A stretch of 34,288 nucleotides of DNA from a virus (Duplodnaviria > Caudoviricetes): the IMG/VR virus record IMGVR_UViG_3300025288_000008, positions 1-34,288 of that record. The stretch is one strand, 5' to 3'. The notes under the pieces are model-generated. The model was given only the letters and a program-made list of their open reading frames with translations. It ran no database searches and was not told where the DNA came from. Positions 8,092 to 19,244 of this stretch are shown piece by piece. The number at the start of each line of letters is the position of its first letter. The stretch's first letter is position 1. The position numbers and the translations under genes are program-made.

Positions 8092-9065
8092 AAAAAGTCG
8101 ATGATACTATAGCAGTATCACTTGACGTTCTTAGGCATAGCGCAAGTATAGAAGGCAAGGTTTCAAAATTGCTTGAAAAGATGCGAAAGGATGTAATGGC
8201 TTCTTTGTCACAAGTAAATCTTGACAAGATAACGCGCAAAAGACTTAATGCGTTATTGCGTGAAACTGATCAAATTATTTCTGACAGCTATGACAAGTCT
8301 CAGGAAGAGTTAAGTAAATCATCTACTGAAATAGTTAAAGTATCTGCAAAGCAGGCAGCAGAAGCATTGTTAGTATCTGTTCCGAGCAAAACAGTTTTAG
8401 AATCTATCGTATCAGATACGCTAATAGAAGGCGCGCCGTCAAAATTGTGGTGGTCGAAGATGAAATCGGATACGGCTTTCAGATTCGCTTCTGCTGTTAG
8501 AATGGGCGTGGCGCAAGGCGAGACAATGCAGCAGATATCATCAAGAATAAGTGACATTAACGATCTAGCAGATCGTAACTCTGTCTCGTTAGTGCATACT
8601 TCTGTAATGCAAATTCTGAATGATGCAAGAACAAAAGTTCAGGAAATGCACGCTAATGATAAATCAGAAACAGTCTGGCTGGCTACTCTAGATAGCAGAA
8701 TTTGCATTCAGTGCGCACCGCGCGACGGTCTTAGATGGAAGACGCTAAGCAAAAAGCCTGTAGGACACTCTCTGCAATGGATACATCCGCCTGTGCATTT
8801 TTCTTGCAGATGCACGACCTATCCTGAAACGGCATTAACGGATACAGAGGGTGGGGGCAGAGCAAGTGAAACCGGAGTACAGTCTGGTTCGACTACTTTT
8901 GAAGAGTATCTAAACAGACAGCCGAAGGAATTTGCAGATGAAGTGCTTGGGAAAGGAAGAAGCGAGCTTTTCAGATCAGGGAAGTTGACTTTAAGAGATT
9001 TGGTGAGTGGTCGTGGAGCCCCTTTGTCACTTGACGAATTAAAAGCCAAATATGACCAGACTTGA
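8088..9065 (+). CDS. Minor head/head morphogenesis protein (SPP1 gp7 / Mu gpF-like)
   Basis: WLATLDSRIC..C...DG and PPVHFSCRC motifs. Confidence 0.88.
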   Translation: MKKVDDTIAVSLDVLRHSASIEGKVSKLLEKMRKDVMASLSQVNLDKITRKRLNALLRETDQIISDSYDKSQEELSKSSTEIVKVSAKQAAEALLVSVPSKTVLESIVSDTLIEGAPSKLWWSKMKSDTAFRFASAVRMGVAQGETMQQISSRISDINDLADRNSVSLVHTSVMQILNDARTKVQEMHANDKSETVWLATLDSRICIQCAPRDGLRWKTLSKKPVGHSLQWIHPPVHFSCRCTTYPETALTDTEGGGRASETGVQSGSTTFEEYLNRQPKEFADEVLGKGRSELFRSGKLTLRDLVSGRGAPLSLDELKAKYDQT

Positions 9066-9089
9066 CATAGCCAAAAAGATGTGGATAAT
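9062..9089 (+). promoter_or_regulatory. sigma70-like promoter upstream of scaffold/capsid genes
   Basis: TTGACA (9062-9067), 16 bp spacer, GATAAT (9084-9089). Confidence 0.5.
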
Positions 9090-9131
9090 CACGAAAGATT
9101 TAAAAGGTTTAACGAATAAAAAGGTAAAAAT

Positions 9132-9893
9132 ATGTCACTAGCACTTGTTCTTGATGAAGCACCTGATGATACTCTAAAAGATTTTTACATAGAAAAAGAC
9201 GGCAAGTTTCATCTCGATGTAACAGGAATAGAAGACACTGATAAAATGAGAATCGAACTTGCAACTGTAAAACGAGAAGCAGCAGAGAGACGCAAAGCAG
9301 CAAAAGACCTTGAGGAACGCTACGCAGGAATTGATATTGAAAAAGTCAAGGAGATGATGGCAAGACTTGACAAAGATGGGGAAGCAAAGCTTCTGGCCGA
9401 AGGCAAAATAGATGAGGTTTTTAATAATCGTACTAAAAAAATGCGCGAGGATTTACAAAGACAGATAGATGATGCACAAAGCAAAGCTATAGCTGCTGAA
9501 TCAAAAACGAAACAATACAGTCAAAGAGTTCTCGATGATAGAATCAGAGATGCAGTTACTGGAAAAGTGCACGCAAGTGCTGTAAAATCAGGGGACGTTT
9601 TAAGAGCTGCACGAGAAAAATTTACGTTGAACGAGAACGGCGATGCAGTGCAGTTGGATTCTGATGGGAATATTGTTCTTGGAAAAGATGGCAAGACACC
9701 GTACAGCCCTGCAGAATGGCTTGAAAATATGGAAGTAATCGCACCACATTGGTTCCCTGCTAACGCAAGCGGTGGCGGAGCAAACGGAAGCAGCGGTTCT
9801 ACAGTTAGTAAAACTATGAAGAGAGCGCAGTTTGAATCACTGCAAGATAGAGATAAATCAGCAGCAGCAAAACAATATCAAATTATAGATTAA
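9132..9893 (+). CDS. Capsid scaffolding protein
   Basis: Charged coiled-coil; Y.EKDGKFHLDV.G N-terminus; PHWFP..SGGG motif; precedes the capsid gene. Confidence 0.82.
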   Translation: MSLALVLDEAPDDTLKDFYIEKDGKFHLDVTGIEDTDKMRIELATVKREAAERRKAAKDLEERYAGIDIEKVKEMMARLDKDGEAKLLAEGKIDEVFNNRTKKMREDLQRQIDDAQSKAIAAESKTKQYSQRVLDDRIRDAVTGKVHASAVKSGDVLRAAREKFTLNENGDAVQLDSDGNIVLGKDGKTPYSPAEWLENMEVIAPHWFPANASGGGANGSSGSTVSKTMKRAQFESLQDRDKSAAAKQYQIID

Positions 9894-9972
9894 GGTAGTG
9901 CTTCAAGTAGAAGCAATGGTTTTAGGACCGCGATGGTCATTATTTTTTTGACTAATTTAAAGGACTTAAACC

Positions 9973-11127
9973 ATGGCTTCACCAAATACATTAACAAATC
10001 TAATCCCTTTCTTATACTCCGCTGCTGATGTTGTCAGTCGTGAGCTTGTTGGTTTCATTCCAGCAGTAACACGAGACAGTCGCATAGACAGCGTAGCACT
10101 CAATCAAACCGTCAATGTCCCGGTCGTCGGAGAAATTACACCGGTATCAATCACACCAGCAGCAACCGCGCCGGACACTGGAGGTTTTGCTCCCGGAAAT
10201 GTCACTGTAACTATTAGCAATCAATTTGCTGCTCCGATCGCGTGGAACGGAGACGAAGAAGTAGCAGTCAGCGGAACAGGACTTCTTGATAATGTGATGA
10301 CTCAACGTTTTGCACAAGGCATGCGGGGAATTGTAAACAAGATAGAAGCAGACCTGGCTGCGCTACATGCAGAAGCATCACGCGCTCATGGTACTTTCAA
10401 TATTCAGCCTTTTGGTACAGCAGGTGATTTGTCAGATATGGCGGAAGTCATAAAAATCCTGGAAGATAACGGAGCCCCGCAAACTGATTTGCGCGCTGTA
10501 CTGTCAAGTACTGCTATAGCAAATATTCGCGGTAAGCAGTCAGCGCTTTTCAAAGTCAATGAAGCTGGAACAGATCAGCTTTTACGTCGCGGAATCATCG
10601 GGGATATTTTTGGAGTTGGACTTGGTCAGTCATCACAAGTAAAAACCGGTGTCGCTGTTGGAACTGGAGCATCTTATACAACAAATACAGCGGGTTACGC
10701 TGTAGGTGCAACAGCTATCACATTGATAACAGGCACAGGCACAATTCTTGCAGGTGATATTATAACGATCGCTGGAGACACTAATAAATATGTTGTCAAA
10801 ACTGCATTAACCGCAGGCGTTGTTACACTTCAAGAGCCAGGGTTAAAAGCAGCCATTCCAGGATCAGCAAAAGCAGTTACTGTAGTCGGCGCTACTGATC
10901 GCAACATGGTTTTTAGCAGATCGTCGATGATCCTTGCTACACGTTCACCATACATGCCAAGCGGGGGTGATCAGGCTGATGATGTTACAACAATCACTGA
11001 TCCCGTTTCCGGACTTGGTTTTCAAGTCGCAAGTTATTCACAATACCGACAGCGTCACATAGAAATATCAGCAGCATGGGGCGTAAAAATGATTGCAGGA
11101 AGGCACGCAGCATTGTTAATCGGCTAA
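9973..11127 (+). CDS. Major capsid protein (P22 coat-like, with beta insertion domain)
   Basis: 384 aa; DVVSRELVGFIP, TITDPVSGL.FQV..Y and AWGVK motifs; position after the scaffold. Confidence 0.9.
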   Translation: MASPNTLTNLIPFLYSAADVVSRELVGFIPAVTRDSRIDSVALNQTVNVPVVGEITPVSITPAATAPDTGGFAPGNVTVTISNQFAAPIAWNGDEEVAVSGTGLLDNVMTQRFAQGMRGIVNKIEADLAALHAEASRAHGTFNIQPFGTAGDLSDMAEVIKILEDNGAPQTDLRAVLSSTAIANIRGKQSALFKVNEAGTDQLLRRGIIGDIFGVGLGQSSQVKTGVAVGTGASYTTNTAGYAVGATAITLITGTGTILAGDIITIAGDTNKYVVKTALTAGVVTLQEPGLKAAIPGSAKAVTVVGATDRNMVFSRSSMILATRSPYMPSGGDQADDVTTITDPVSGLGFQVASYSQYRQRHIEISAAWGVKMIAGRHAALLIG

Positions 11128-11138
11128 ATTGTTATAAA

Positions 11139-11164
11139 CATCACTCGTTTAAAAGCGAGTGATG
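11139..11164 (+). terminator. Stem-loop after the major capsid gene
   Basis: CATCACTCGT-TTAAAA-GCGAGTGATG; the U-tract is weak. Confidence 0.55.
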
Positions 11165-11195
11165 AATTTAGCAGACTGAACGGAAAGCGAAAAAA

Positions 11196-11705
11196 ATGAT
11201 TATTGTAGAAGACGGTACAGGTTTAGTAAATGCAGAAAGCTACGTTTCAGTTGCTGACGCAACCGTCTATCACAATAATATTGGTAATGCCGCGTGGTCG
11301 GCTTTGGCAAATGATGAAATTCGCGAGCAATTGTTACGCAAAGCTACTGCTTTCATGCTTCAGCGTTACCGATCAAGCTGGAATGGTTGGCGCAAAACTA
11401 CTACACAGTCGCTTGATTGGCCGCGTTCTCTTGTACAAATCAAAGATGCAGTTTCGTTGAATTACTATGATGATGCGAGTGTCCCTGAACTTGTAAAGAA
11501 TGCGTGTTCATCTTTAGCGCTAAGGGCTTCAACACAAATATTGCTTGCTGATGAAAAGCGGGCAAAATCAAGCGTCACGATTGGGCCTATCAGTACAACT
11601 TACGATCCATTCAGCAGCCAGTCTATAAAATATAAAGAAATCGACACAATGCTTTCACCGTATTTCAATACCACCGGTTTTCAAGTCAGGATGGTGAGAG
11701 GATGA
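11196..11705 (+). CDS. Head-tail adaptor (DnaT-like family)
   Basis: IVEDGTG..NAESYVSVADA..Y and Q.LDWPR motifs; position after the capsid gene. Confidence 0.8.
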   Translation: MIIVEDGTGLVNAESYVSVADATVYHNNIGNAAWSALANDEIREQLLRKATAFMLQRYRSSWNGWRKTTTQSLDWPRSLVQIKDAVSLNYYDDASVPELVKNACSSLALRASTQILLADEKRAKSSVTIGPISTTYDPFSSQSIKYKEIDTMLSPYFNTTGFQVRMVRG

Positions 11706-12064
11706 GTTTTGATTATGCAGATGTTGCCAGAGATGCTCTGGATATCATTACAGAATTTGGCACAGATGTGACAATAACGAAAATTGAATCAGGCACGTAT
11801 GATACGAAGACCGGAGAAAATGCGGTTTTTGCTGATGGATCAAAGGCTAAAGGTATAGTTTTCGATTTCGGCACAGGCATTTCTACCATAAGCGGAAACT
11901 TGATACAGTCTGAAGATAAAAGATTATTGCTTGAAGCAGCGGCAAAGCCTGAATTTAACGATGTATTCACTGCTAACGGCAAAACGTATTCACCCGTCAG
12001 CATAGGCGAAATTAATCCCGCCGGGATTACTGTTTTATTTGATATACATGTGAGAGCTCATTAA
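11702..12064 (+). CDS. Head closure / head-tail joining protein
   Basis: 120 aa; I.EFG..VT...YD..TG and NPAG..V motifs; synteny. Confidence 0.7.
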   Translation: MSFDYADVARDALDIITEFGTDVTITKIESGTYDTKTGENAVFADGSKAKGIVFDFGTGISTISGNLIQSEDKRLLLEAAAKPEFNDVFTANGKTYSPVSIGEINPAGITVLFDIHVRAH

Positions 12065-12066
12065 AA

Positions 12067-12504
12067 ATGAGCAACTTCAAAGCAGATTTAACAGCATTTG
12101 CAAGAAAAGCAAAATTAAGCGTTGATGAAGCTGTTAAAGAAGTTGTCATTGAACTTCATGGAGAAATCGACAGAAGATCACCTGTAGGAAATCCGACTTT
12201 GTGGAAATCACCGGCACCCGCAGGATATGTTGGAGGCCACTTCAGAGCAAATAATCAATACAGGTTTGAAAAGTTGCCGAAAGGAATTATAGATGGTGTA
12301 GATGCTACAGGTGATGCTACAGTGTCAGCAGTCAGAGCAAGTATAGCATCAGCGCAAGCATCTGGAATTCACTATATAGCAAACAATGTTGATTATGCGA
12401 TAGACATTGAAAATGGTTATAGCAAAACGCAGGCTCCGCAGGGCGTGTACAAACTTGCGATGATGTCTACTGTTTCAAAACTTAAAAAATTCAAGGCAAG
12501 ATAG
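12067..12504 (+). CDS. Neck/tail completion protein (HK97 gp10-like)
   Basis: SPVG...GG.FRAN, YIANNV.YA..IE.G.S.QAP.G motifs. Confidence 0.78.
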   Translation: MSNFKADLTAFARKAKLSVDEAVKEVVIELHGEIDRRSPVGNPTLWKSPAPAGYVGGHFRANNQYRFEKLPKGIIDGVDATGDATVSAVRASIASAQASGIHYIANNVDYAIDIENGYSKTQAPQGVYKLAMMSTVSKLKKFKAR

Positions 12505-12505
12505 C

Positions 12506-12907
12506 ATGTCAATAGTAAAGATAAGGGCTGCACTTGAAACAGCATTAAACAACATTACCCCGGCTATTTCTACGTCTTTTGAAAATGTGAAGTTTGTTCC
12601 GGTTTCAGGGACTGCGTATCAACAAGTCCACATTCTTTTTGCGACTCCGAACAATTCCGAGTTTGGCGCAAGACACAAAGAGCTTGGGTTTATGCAAGTG
12701 AAACTTATGTATCCAACTTCGGTTGGAACTGCTTCAGTTGCTGCACGTGCTGAATTGATACGTTCAACTTTTGCTCGTGGATCAACTTTCACTAACAGCG
12801 GGGTAAATGTGATCATAAGCAGAACACCGGAAGTAAAGCCGGGGAAAATTGAAGCAGACAGGTACGAAGTACCTGTAATAATAGAATTTTACGCAAACAT
12901 GAATTAG
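12506..12907 (+). CDS. Tail terminator protein
   Basis: 133 aa; FENV.F.P, G.MQV.L.YP...G motifs; directly before the tail tube gene. Confidence 0.75.
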   Translation: MSIVKIRAALETALNNITPAISTSFENVKFVPVSGTAYQQVHILFATPNNSEFGARHKELGFMQVKLMYPTSVGTASVAARAELIRSTFARGSTFTNSGVNVIISRTPEVKPGKIEADRYEVPVIIEFYANMN

Positions 12908-12918
12908 GAGAAGCAAAA

Positions 12919-14136
12919 ATGGCTATAGCATCGGGCATAAAAAAAATCACGTCTTTCAAAAAGCAGTCAGGACTGGGAGTCCCTGCATCTGGCACTGGCG
13001 GGAAGGAATTTCGTCGCACAAGTACTGTATTCAAAGCTGAACGAGATATGTATGAATCAAATGAGATTCAGTCTCATCATATGAGCACAGGAGCTGCGTA
13101 TGGTTTGCAAAAAAGCGAAGGTACTGGAGACTTTGAATTGTCCCCCGGCACTTATGCAGATTTGTTCGCAGCATTGATTGAGAGAAATTTTGCAGCTATA
13201 ACCCCGGGAGCTGCTGCGGCTGCTACAACAGTTGCTTTCGTGTCAGGATTCACTTACACAATAACGCGCGGAGCAGGTTCCTTTCTGACTGACGGCATAA
13301 AAGCAGGACATGTCATACGAATCAGCGGCTCTGGAATTAATGCAGCTAACGTAAACAAAAATTTATGGGTTGTGTCTGTTACTGCTCTTGTGTGTACTGT
13401 TTATGTAATTAATGAAACTCCCATGGTTCCTGAAGGGCCTATTGCTACTTACGTTCTTACAGTCGTTGGAAAAGAAACTTTTACCCCTCTGGCAGCGCAT
13501 ACAGAGGATTATTTCACAGTTGAAGAATGGTACTCAAATATCAGTAAATCAGAAACTTTTACAGATCAAAAAGTTGGAAGCGTATCTATTGATATGCCTT
13601 CGACTGGTGTAAACACTGGCTCTTTTGGTCTTGTTGGCCTTGGTCGAACAGTCGGAACATCTCAAGTTTTAACTAGCCCGACAGCAACGAATACAGGAAT
13701 AACTGCGGCGATCAATGGTTTGATTATGATTAACGGCGCGGTTCAGCCAGCAGTTACAAGTTTTGCTCTGTCAGTTGATAAATCTGCTGAAAACGCAGGA
13801 GCAGTGGTCGGGTCGAATGTTGGAGCCGATGTGAACACTGGCCGGATCAGAGTGTCTGGCACCATTACTGCGCAATTCGATAGTACCACTTTGCGTGATC
13901 TGATAATTTCTGAAACGGTTGTGCCGCTTGATATTGTTGTAGCAGTCGATCAAACGGCGACTTCTGATTTTATTTCTTTTACAGTACCGGCAGTAAAACT
14001 GACAACTGACACGCCGGACGATGGAGAAAAAACCATAGTAAGAACATACACTTTTACAGCCGAATTTTTCGGCAGTGGTGGAGCTTCCATGGCACGTAGA
14101 AATACAATTGTACAAATGCAAGACAGCGCAGCTTGA
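12919..14136 (+). CDS. Major tail (tube) protein with inserted beta domain
   Basis: 405 aa; ESNEI, GRIRVSGTITAQF; no sheath gene; RBS AGGAG. Confidence 0.85.
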   Translation: MAIASGIKKITSFKKQSGLGVPASGTGGKEFRRTSTVFKAERDMYESNEIQSHHMSTGAAYGLQKSEGTGDFELSPGTYADLFAALIERNFAAITPGAAAAATTVAFVSGFTYTITRGAGSFLTDGIKAGHVIRISGSGINAANVNKNLWVVSVTALVCTVYVINETPMVPEGPIATYVLTVVGKETFTPLAAHTEDYFTVEEWYSNISKSETFTDQKVGSVSIDMPSTGVNTGSFGLVGLGRTVGTSQVLTSPTATNTGITAAINGLIMINGAVQPAVTSFALSVDKSAENAGAVVGSNVGADVNTGRIRVSGTITAQFDSTTLRDLIISETVVPLDIVVAVDQTATSDFISFTVPAVKLTTDTPDDGEKTIVRTYTFTAEFFGSGGASMARRNTIVQMQDSAA

Positions 14137-14552
14137 TGAAAAGGAAAAACATGAGAGAAGTATCTATCGATGATCTTGATTTATGCAAAGCTTCAGAAAC
14201 GCCATACGAGTTTGAATATCTTGATGCGTCAGGCAAAGGGACTGGTATTTTTTTGTTGGTTATCGGAGCGCAATCAGATAAAGTAAAGAAATGGCGCAAT
14301 GCAAGAATAAATCAGCAACGACAAATCGAAGCGCTTAACGAAAAACGAAAGCGTGATCCAGAGTTAAGAAGTGTCGAAGATGATATTCAGTTTGGAGTCG
14401 AATATATATCAATAAGAATCGTGGGATGGCGCGGTATATCTACGCCGTGGACTCCTGAAAATGCCTTGAAATTGTGCACGATAAATGATGAAATTCTTGA
14501 TCAGGTTTCCAAAGCAAGCGAAACAATTACAAATTTTACCAAGAGCAAGTAG
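14133..14552 (+). CDS. Tail assembly chaperone (gpG-like)
   Basis: Between tail tube and tape measure; G..TGI.L.V.G..S and IVGWRGI motifs; ends in a slippery site. Confidence 0.82.
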   Translation: MMKRKNMREVSIDDLDLCKASETPYEFEYLDASGKGTGIFLLVIGAQSDKVKKWRNARINQQRQIEALNEKRKRDPELRSVEDDIQFGVEYISIRIVGWRGISTPWTPENALKLCTINDEILDQVSKASETITNFTKSK

Positions 14553-14881
14553 ATATACTGCTTGCTTACGCAGAAAATGAATTTGATCTGGCAAAACCAC
14601 AGGGCGACGGAGAAAGCCTGCGATCTCATCTTGAGATCGTCTGGAAAAAAACCGGAGTCAAGCCGGATCAACTTGATGTTGAAGAGCCCTTTTTTTATGC
14701 ACATATCTGGGGATGGTTTGTGGAACTACACAGCTCAAGAGGACGATCAGAGCTTGGCTTGTGCCCGATAAGTTATCCTGATATCGCGGCGTGGGCAAGT
14801 TTGACAGAAACACAAGTAACGCCAGAAGATGTAAGATTAATCAAACTGATAGACGTACTCGCAATAAATAATGGCCGATGA
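14531..14881 (+). CDS. Tail assembly chaperone C-terminal extension (gpT-like) reached by -1 frameshift
   Basis: A_AAT_TTT at 14531-14537; -1 frame open to TGA 14879-14881 with no ATG, reading ...HIWGWFVELHSSRG..LCPISYPDIAAWASL...; absent from the ORF track. Confidence 0.8.
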   Translation, partial: KFYQEQVDILLAYAENEFDLAKPQGDGESLRSHLEIVWKKTGVKPDQLDVEEPFFYAHIWGWFVELHSSRGRSELGLCPISYPDIAAWASLTETQVTPEDVRLIKLIDVLAINNGR

Positions 14882-17800
14882 AGCATCACTAACGCTAAAA
14901 GTTGATAGCAGACAAGTAAAAGCTGGTGAGAAATCGCTTGATGATCTTGCCTTGGCTGGCGGTCGTGCTGAAAAATCTACTGCTGGATTAAGTAAAAAGA
15001 TATTAGCACTGGGCGCCGGTATCGTTACTATACAGGCTCTTGGTGCTGCTTTTTCATCTGCTGTTTCTGCTGCGGCAAAATTTGAAACTGCTCTCGTTGG
15101 TGTAAGCAAGACCACCGGATTGATCGGAAATGATCTAAAAAAATTCGGTGATAGAATTGATGCAATATCACGATCACTGCCGATTACCACTCAAGAGCTT
15201 TTAGGATTATCCCAAGCTGCCGGGCAGATGGGTGTAACAGGTGCAGCAAATCTTGAGAAATTTTCTCTTGTTGTCGCAAAGTTGGGACGAGCATCCAACC
15301 TTGCTGGTGAAGAAGCTGCAACTTCACTTGCGCGAATACTGAATATCACCGGAGAGCATGTATCAAGTATAGATACACTTGCGAGTGTAATAGTTGCGCT
15401 TGGCAATAGTACTGCTGCATCTGAAGCAGAAATAGCAAACATCACGACTGAAGTAGCAAGGGCAACAAGCGTTTTTGGCGTCACATCTGCTCAAGCATCT
15501 GCCATGGCAGCGGCTATGGCGTCGGTCGGAATTCAGGCGCAATTAGGTGGATCATCACTCGGACGTGTGATGCAGGAAATAACAAACAGGGTGCAGGCCG
15601 GAGGAGATGATCTTCTGGAATTCGCTGAAGTTTTAAACATAAATTCACAGATGCTGTCATCTTTATTCAAAGATGACAAGACAAAAGCCCTTGAGCTTTT
15701 CTTGCAATCTGTCGGGAGACTGGGAATTAATGCAGGTCTTGCGCTTGAAAAAGTAGGCTTGGGCGGTCAAGAAATATCCAAAACAATAGTACCGCTAGCA
15801 AACAACATGGATATTTTTACAAGAACAATGGCGCTAGCAAACGCTGAAGTAAAAAACGCAACTGCACTTGACAGAGAATTTGACGCAACTTTAAAAACGC
15901 TCGATTCGCAATGGCAAGTAACTAAAAACACAGCAGAAAGTTACGCAAGATCGTTGGGTGAAGTATTACTACCAGTTCTAAACAGCGTACTAGAATCTTT
16001 TAACAGACTGACTTCAGCAAAGCCATTATCAGATATTGAAAGACAAGTAAAACTAATCGAAGACTTGAGGGAAAGGCTTAAATCCGAAACTAACAAACAG
16101 CACATACCGCTAATCGGCGGACTTCTTTTTGATAAGAAAGAAGTAGATCAATTGTCGGCAAGCATAGAGTTTGCGATTGAAGACCTTGAAAATATGCGGC
16201 AACAGCTTACTGATGTTGAAAAAGCTGCGAAACCTGCGGCAAAAGAATTTAATACAGTAGAGAAAAGCATTAATAAGATATCAGAAACGTCTACTATCGC
16301 AATAAACAAAAGCAAACAATTCATAAGCGATCTTAAACGTGAAGCCGCACAGGTGGGTAAAACTGCGGCTGAAATTCGCAAGATGCAGGCCGCTGATCTT
16401 GGATTACTTCAAGTAGCAGCACCTTTGATTGACTCAATCGAACGTGAAACACGAGCATTCAGACTTCAGGAAGACCAGATTTCAAGAGCACAGCAGATCA
16501 CCGAAAGTTTGGCTACTGCTGATGAAAAATACGCTTCTACTATTAATGAGCTAAATGTTTTGCTGTCGGCAGGTGCTATCTCTCAACAGACTTTTAACAG
16601 AGCGCTGATTAATGCACAAGAACAAACAAGAAAACTTGAAGATATAACTTCACAAGCTACAGATGAAGTAAGTCAATTATGGATACAAGCTGGACGTAAC
16701 ATACAATCTTCTCTCGCTGACAGTATCTTCAACTTTTTTAATGATGGCTTGAAAGGACTTATCAAGAATGTGGGTATAGCTGTAGGTAGAATTGCATCAC
16801 AGTTTGCAGCTTTGAGAATTGCCCAAGTGTCAGGAATTGCTGGGCTGGCTGGCGCTGCTGGATCAGCAGCAGCAAGTACCGGAGGCGGTTCATCTTTTAG
16901 TCTTGCGTCACTCGGATCAAACGCGCTAAGCCTTGCGTCAAGCGGTTTCGGAACAACCGGCATTCTCGGGTCCGGAATTAGCGGACTAGGGGCAGCTACT
17001 GGATCAAGTACGCTTGCAGCGTTTGGATCCGGAATCGCAGGAGATGTCATCGGCGGCGTCGCAGCAGGCGTCGAAGCTGGCGCGACTGGCGCTGCTGCTG
17101 CAAGTGCGGCTTCTGCCGGGGCTTCAATTGCTGCGGTTGCAGGTCCTGCAATTGTTCTTTTTGCAGTTAACGAAATTTTCAGGATTTTTGCAAAAGACAA
17201 AAGGCTTGGTGGTGTTGAAAAAGTGCCGCTGATTGGCGGCATACTTTCTTCGCTTTTTGGTAGAAGCCCGCTAAAACAAAAAGAGACAAAGCTAACAGGC
17301 CAAATAGGAGCTGGCGGATTTGAATCCGGGCAATTGAGCACGCGGTTCAAGGCCACTGGTGGAGCATTCAGACGCAGCAAAAGCGGCACAATCATCGTTG
17401 ATTTGATTACTGATGATATTTTAAATGCAACCGGAAGTCTTGCAAAATTTGCCGACGGCGTCGCAATAAATGCGCGCGATATTGTTAAAGTTATCAATCA
17501 AACGACTGTAGCAGTGTCTGACAGTTTCAGAGCTGTTGGAGAAAATCTGGGCTTGAGCACTGCTGGTCTTGACGATTTTAATCACCAGATCGAACTTGTA
17601 TCAGAAAACGGCAAGGCGCTTACAGAAGAGCAAATCGGTAGAGAAATATCAAATATCACTGACGAACTGGCTCATAGTTTAATCCCCGAAATCGACAGAT
17701 TATCAAGATTCGGGGAAACGGCGACAGAAGCTATATCCAGATTTAATGATGAATTTAATGCGTTAGGTCAGGGAATAATAAATCTCGGCGGAAGCGCTGC

Positions 17801-19244
17801 TTTAGCAAAAACGCTACTGGGCGGCTTGTCTATAGATGAAAGAGCTTCACTTGTAGAAGCCGGCGGAGGCATTAATAATATAATTTCAAGCACTTCATTT
17901 TTTTCTGATAATTTTCTGACTGAAGCAGAAAGAATCGCGCCCGTTCAGAAGCAATTAACAGATTCATTAACTGCAATGGGTCTATCAGCAGATATAACAA
18001 AAGAAGAGTTTAAAAATCTTGTACAAACCAATGATGATCTACGTTTCCGTCTGCTATCAATTGCCCCTGCTTTTATCGCAGTAATTGACTACACAGAGAA
18101 GCTCGCAAAAGCCGGAGAAAAACTGGATGATGCACAAAAACTGACTGATGCTTTTAATACATTAAAACGCTCAGTAGAATTTGAGCGCAACACAATCACA
18201 GAGCAGCATAATAACAAGTTAATTGAATTCGAGACAAAAAGAACTGCACTTACAGAAGCATACAATCTTGCTATTGAAGAATCAGATAAGCGCATTAAAG
18301 ATGTATCAGTTTCAGTAAGAGATTTATCAAGTTTATCAAAACTGCTTAAATCTTCTATTTCAAGTGCAAGTAAATTAAGCATCGAGTCAGCAAGATCACA
18401 AGCAAAAACAGGTGATTTGAGTTCACCTGCGCTGCGTGATGCTATAGCAGCATTATCAAAGAAAGGCCGCGGATTCACGACAAAACTTGAAGAACAGCGT
18501 TTCAATGCTAAAAATTTACAGATACTGAAATCGTTAAATTCAGTGACAGACGCTGAATTGTTGCTTCAAGAACGCACACTTGATGCGTTGAGGCAAATAC
18601 GAAAAAATCTTGATAGCGTCTTCAATGACAATATACGATCTCTTGATAAGCTTGTTAAAGCATCAAAAGAAGGATTCGAATCAGAGATATCACGACTCGA
18701 TGAAATACTACAAAACTCACAGAATCAGCTTGATGCACTTAACAAAATAGACAAATCAGTTTTAAGTGTTGCAGATGCGTTATTTGCTTTTAATATTGCT
18801 GCAAATGTCCCAATAAAAGGTCCTGTTCCGTCAGTGCAAGGGCCTGTTCCGACAGTACAAAGGCCTGCCACAATATCAGATGCAGATATTCTGGAATTTG
18901 GACGGACACATTCTCCAATCGAGATATTTAATGCAGCCCAACAATTTGGCATATCATCTGCACGTATTGCTTCAACAGGATTGGCGACACAATCAGAAAT
19001 TGATAAATTTGTACGTGATAACAACCTTGCTAGCTTCGATTCTGGTGGAAAAACCAAGGCCACTGGCCTGGCAGTTCTGCACAAAAACGAGCAGGTTCTG
19101 AATCGCGGCGAGACAAGCAAGATAGAACAAAATCTTGATGCGATGGCGTCAGCGATTGAAGTTTTGACTATCACGACAAACGAAACTAACAGAAGATTCA
19201 AAAAATGGGATGGTCAAGGAATGCCACCCATCAGGGCAGCATAA
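14871..19244 (+). CDS. Tail tape measure protein
   Basis: 1457 aa, Ala-rich and helical; [11 protein letters not shown]...AAGQMG core; Gly/Ala hydrophobic segment; [11 protein letters not shown] near the C-terminus. Confidence 0.93.
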   Translation: MADEASLTLKVDSRQVKAGEKSLDDLALAGGRAEKSTAGLSKKILALGAGIVTIQALGAAFSSAVSAAAKFETALVGVSKTTGLIGNDLKKFGDRIDAISRSLPITTQELLGLSQAAGQMGVTGAANLEKFSLVVAKLGRASNLAGEEAATSLARILNITGEHVSSIDTLASVIVALGNSTAASEAEIANITTEVARATSVFGVTSAQASAMAAAMASVGIQAQLGGSSLGRVMQEITNRVQAGGDDLLEFAEVLNINSQMLSSLFKDDKTKALELFLQSVGRLGINAGLALEKVGLGGQEISKTIVPLANNMDIFTRTMALANAEVKNATALDREFDATLKTLDSQWQVTKNTAESYARSLGEVLLPVLNSVLESFNRLTSAKPLSDIERQVKLIEDLRERLKSETNKQHIPLIGGLLFDKKEVDQLSASIEFAIEDLENMRQQLTDVEKAAKPAAKEFNTVEKSINKISETSTIAINKSKQFISDLKREAAQVGKTAAEIRKMQAADLGLLQVAAPLIDSIERETRAFRLQEDQISRAQQITESLATADEKYASTINELNVLLSAGAISQQTFNRALINAQEQTRKLEDITSQATDEVSQLWIQAGRNIQSSLADSIFNFFNDGLKGLIKNVGIAVGRIASQFAALRIAQVSGIAGLAGAAGSAAASTGGGSSFSLASLGSNALSLASSGFGTTGILGSGISGLGAATGSSTLAAFGSGIAGDVIGGVAAGVEAGATGAAAASAASAGASIAAVAGPAIVLFAVNEIFRIFAKDKRLGGVEKVPLIGGILSSLFGRSPLKQKETKLTGQIGAGGFESGQLSTRFKATGGAFRRSKSGTIIVDLITDDILNATGSLAKFADGVAINARDIVKVINQTTVAVSDSFRAVGENLGLSTAGLDDFNHQIELVSENGKALTEEQIGREISNITDELAHSLIPEIDRLSRFGETATEAISRFNDEFNALGQGIINLGGSAALAKTLLGGLSIDERASLVEAGGGINNIISSTSFFSDNFLTEAERIAPVQKQLTDSLTAMGLSADITKEEFKNLVQTNDDLRFRLLSIAPAFIAVIDYTEKLAKAGEKLDDAQKLTDAFNTLKRSVEFERNTITEQHNNKLIEFETKRTALTEAYNLAIEESDKRIKDVSVSVRDLSSLSKLLKSSISSASKLSIESARSQAKTGDLSSPALRDAIAALSKKGRGFTTKLEEQRFNAKNLQILKSLNSVTDAELLLQERTLDALRQIRKNLDSVFNDNIRSLDKLVKASKEGFESEISRLDEILQNSQNQLDALNKIDKSVLSVADALFAFNIAANVPIKGPVPSVQGPVPTVQRPATISDADILEFGRTHSPIEIFNAAQQFGISSARIASTGLATQSEIDKFVRDNNLASFDSGGKTKATGLAVLHKNEQVLNRGETSKIEQNLDAMASAIEVLTITTNETNRRFKKWDGQGMPPIRAA

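Noticed and set aside
9894-9972. Riboswitch or ncRNA before the capsid gene
   Set aside because: Only two short weak hairpins and a T-run; not enough to support a defined RNA
14562-14771. 69-aa ORF between the chaperone and tape measure
   Set aside because: Wrong frame; the chaperone-like sequence is in the -1 frame (14531-14881)
16673-17497. 274-aa antisense ORF within the tape measure, and similar shadow ORFs at 18725, 20615, 21761 and 22322
   Set aside because: These are mirror ORFs of Gly/Ala/Thr-rich coding sequence with no independent signals
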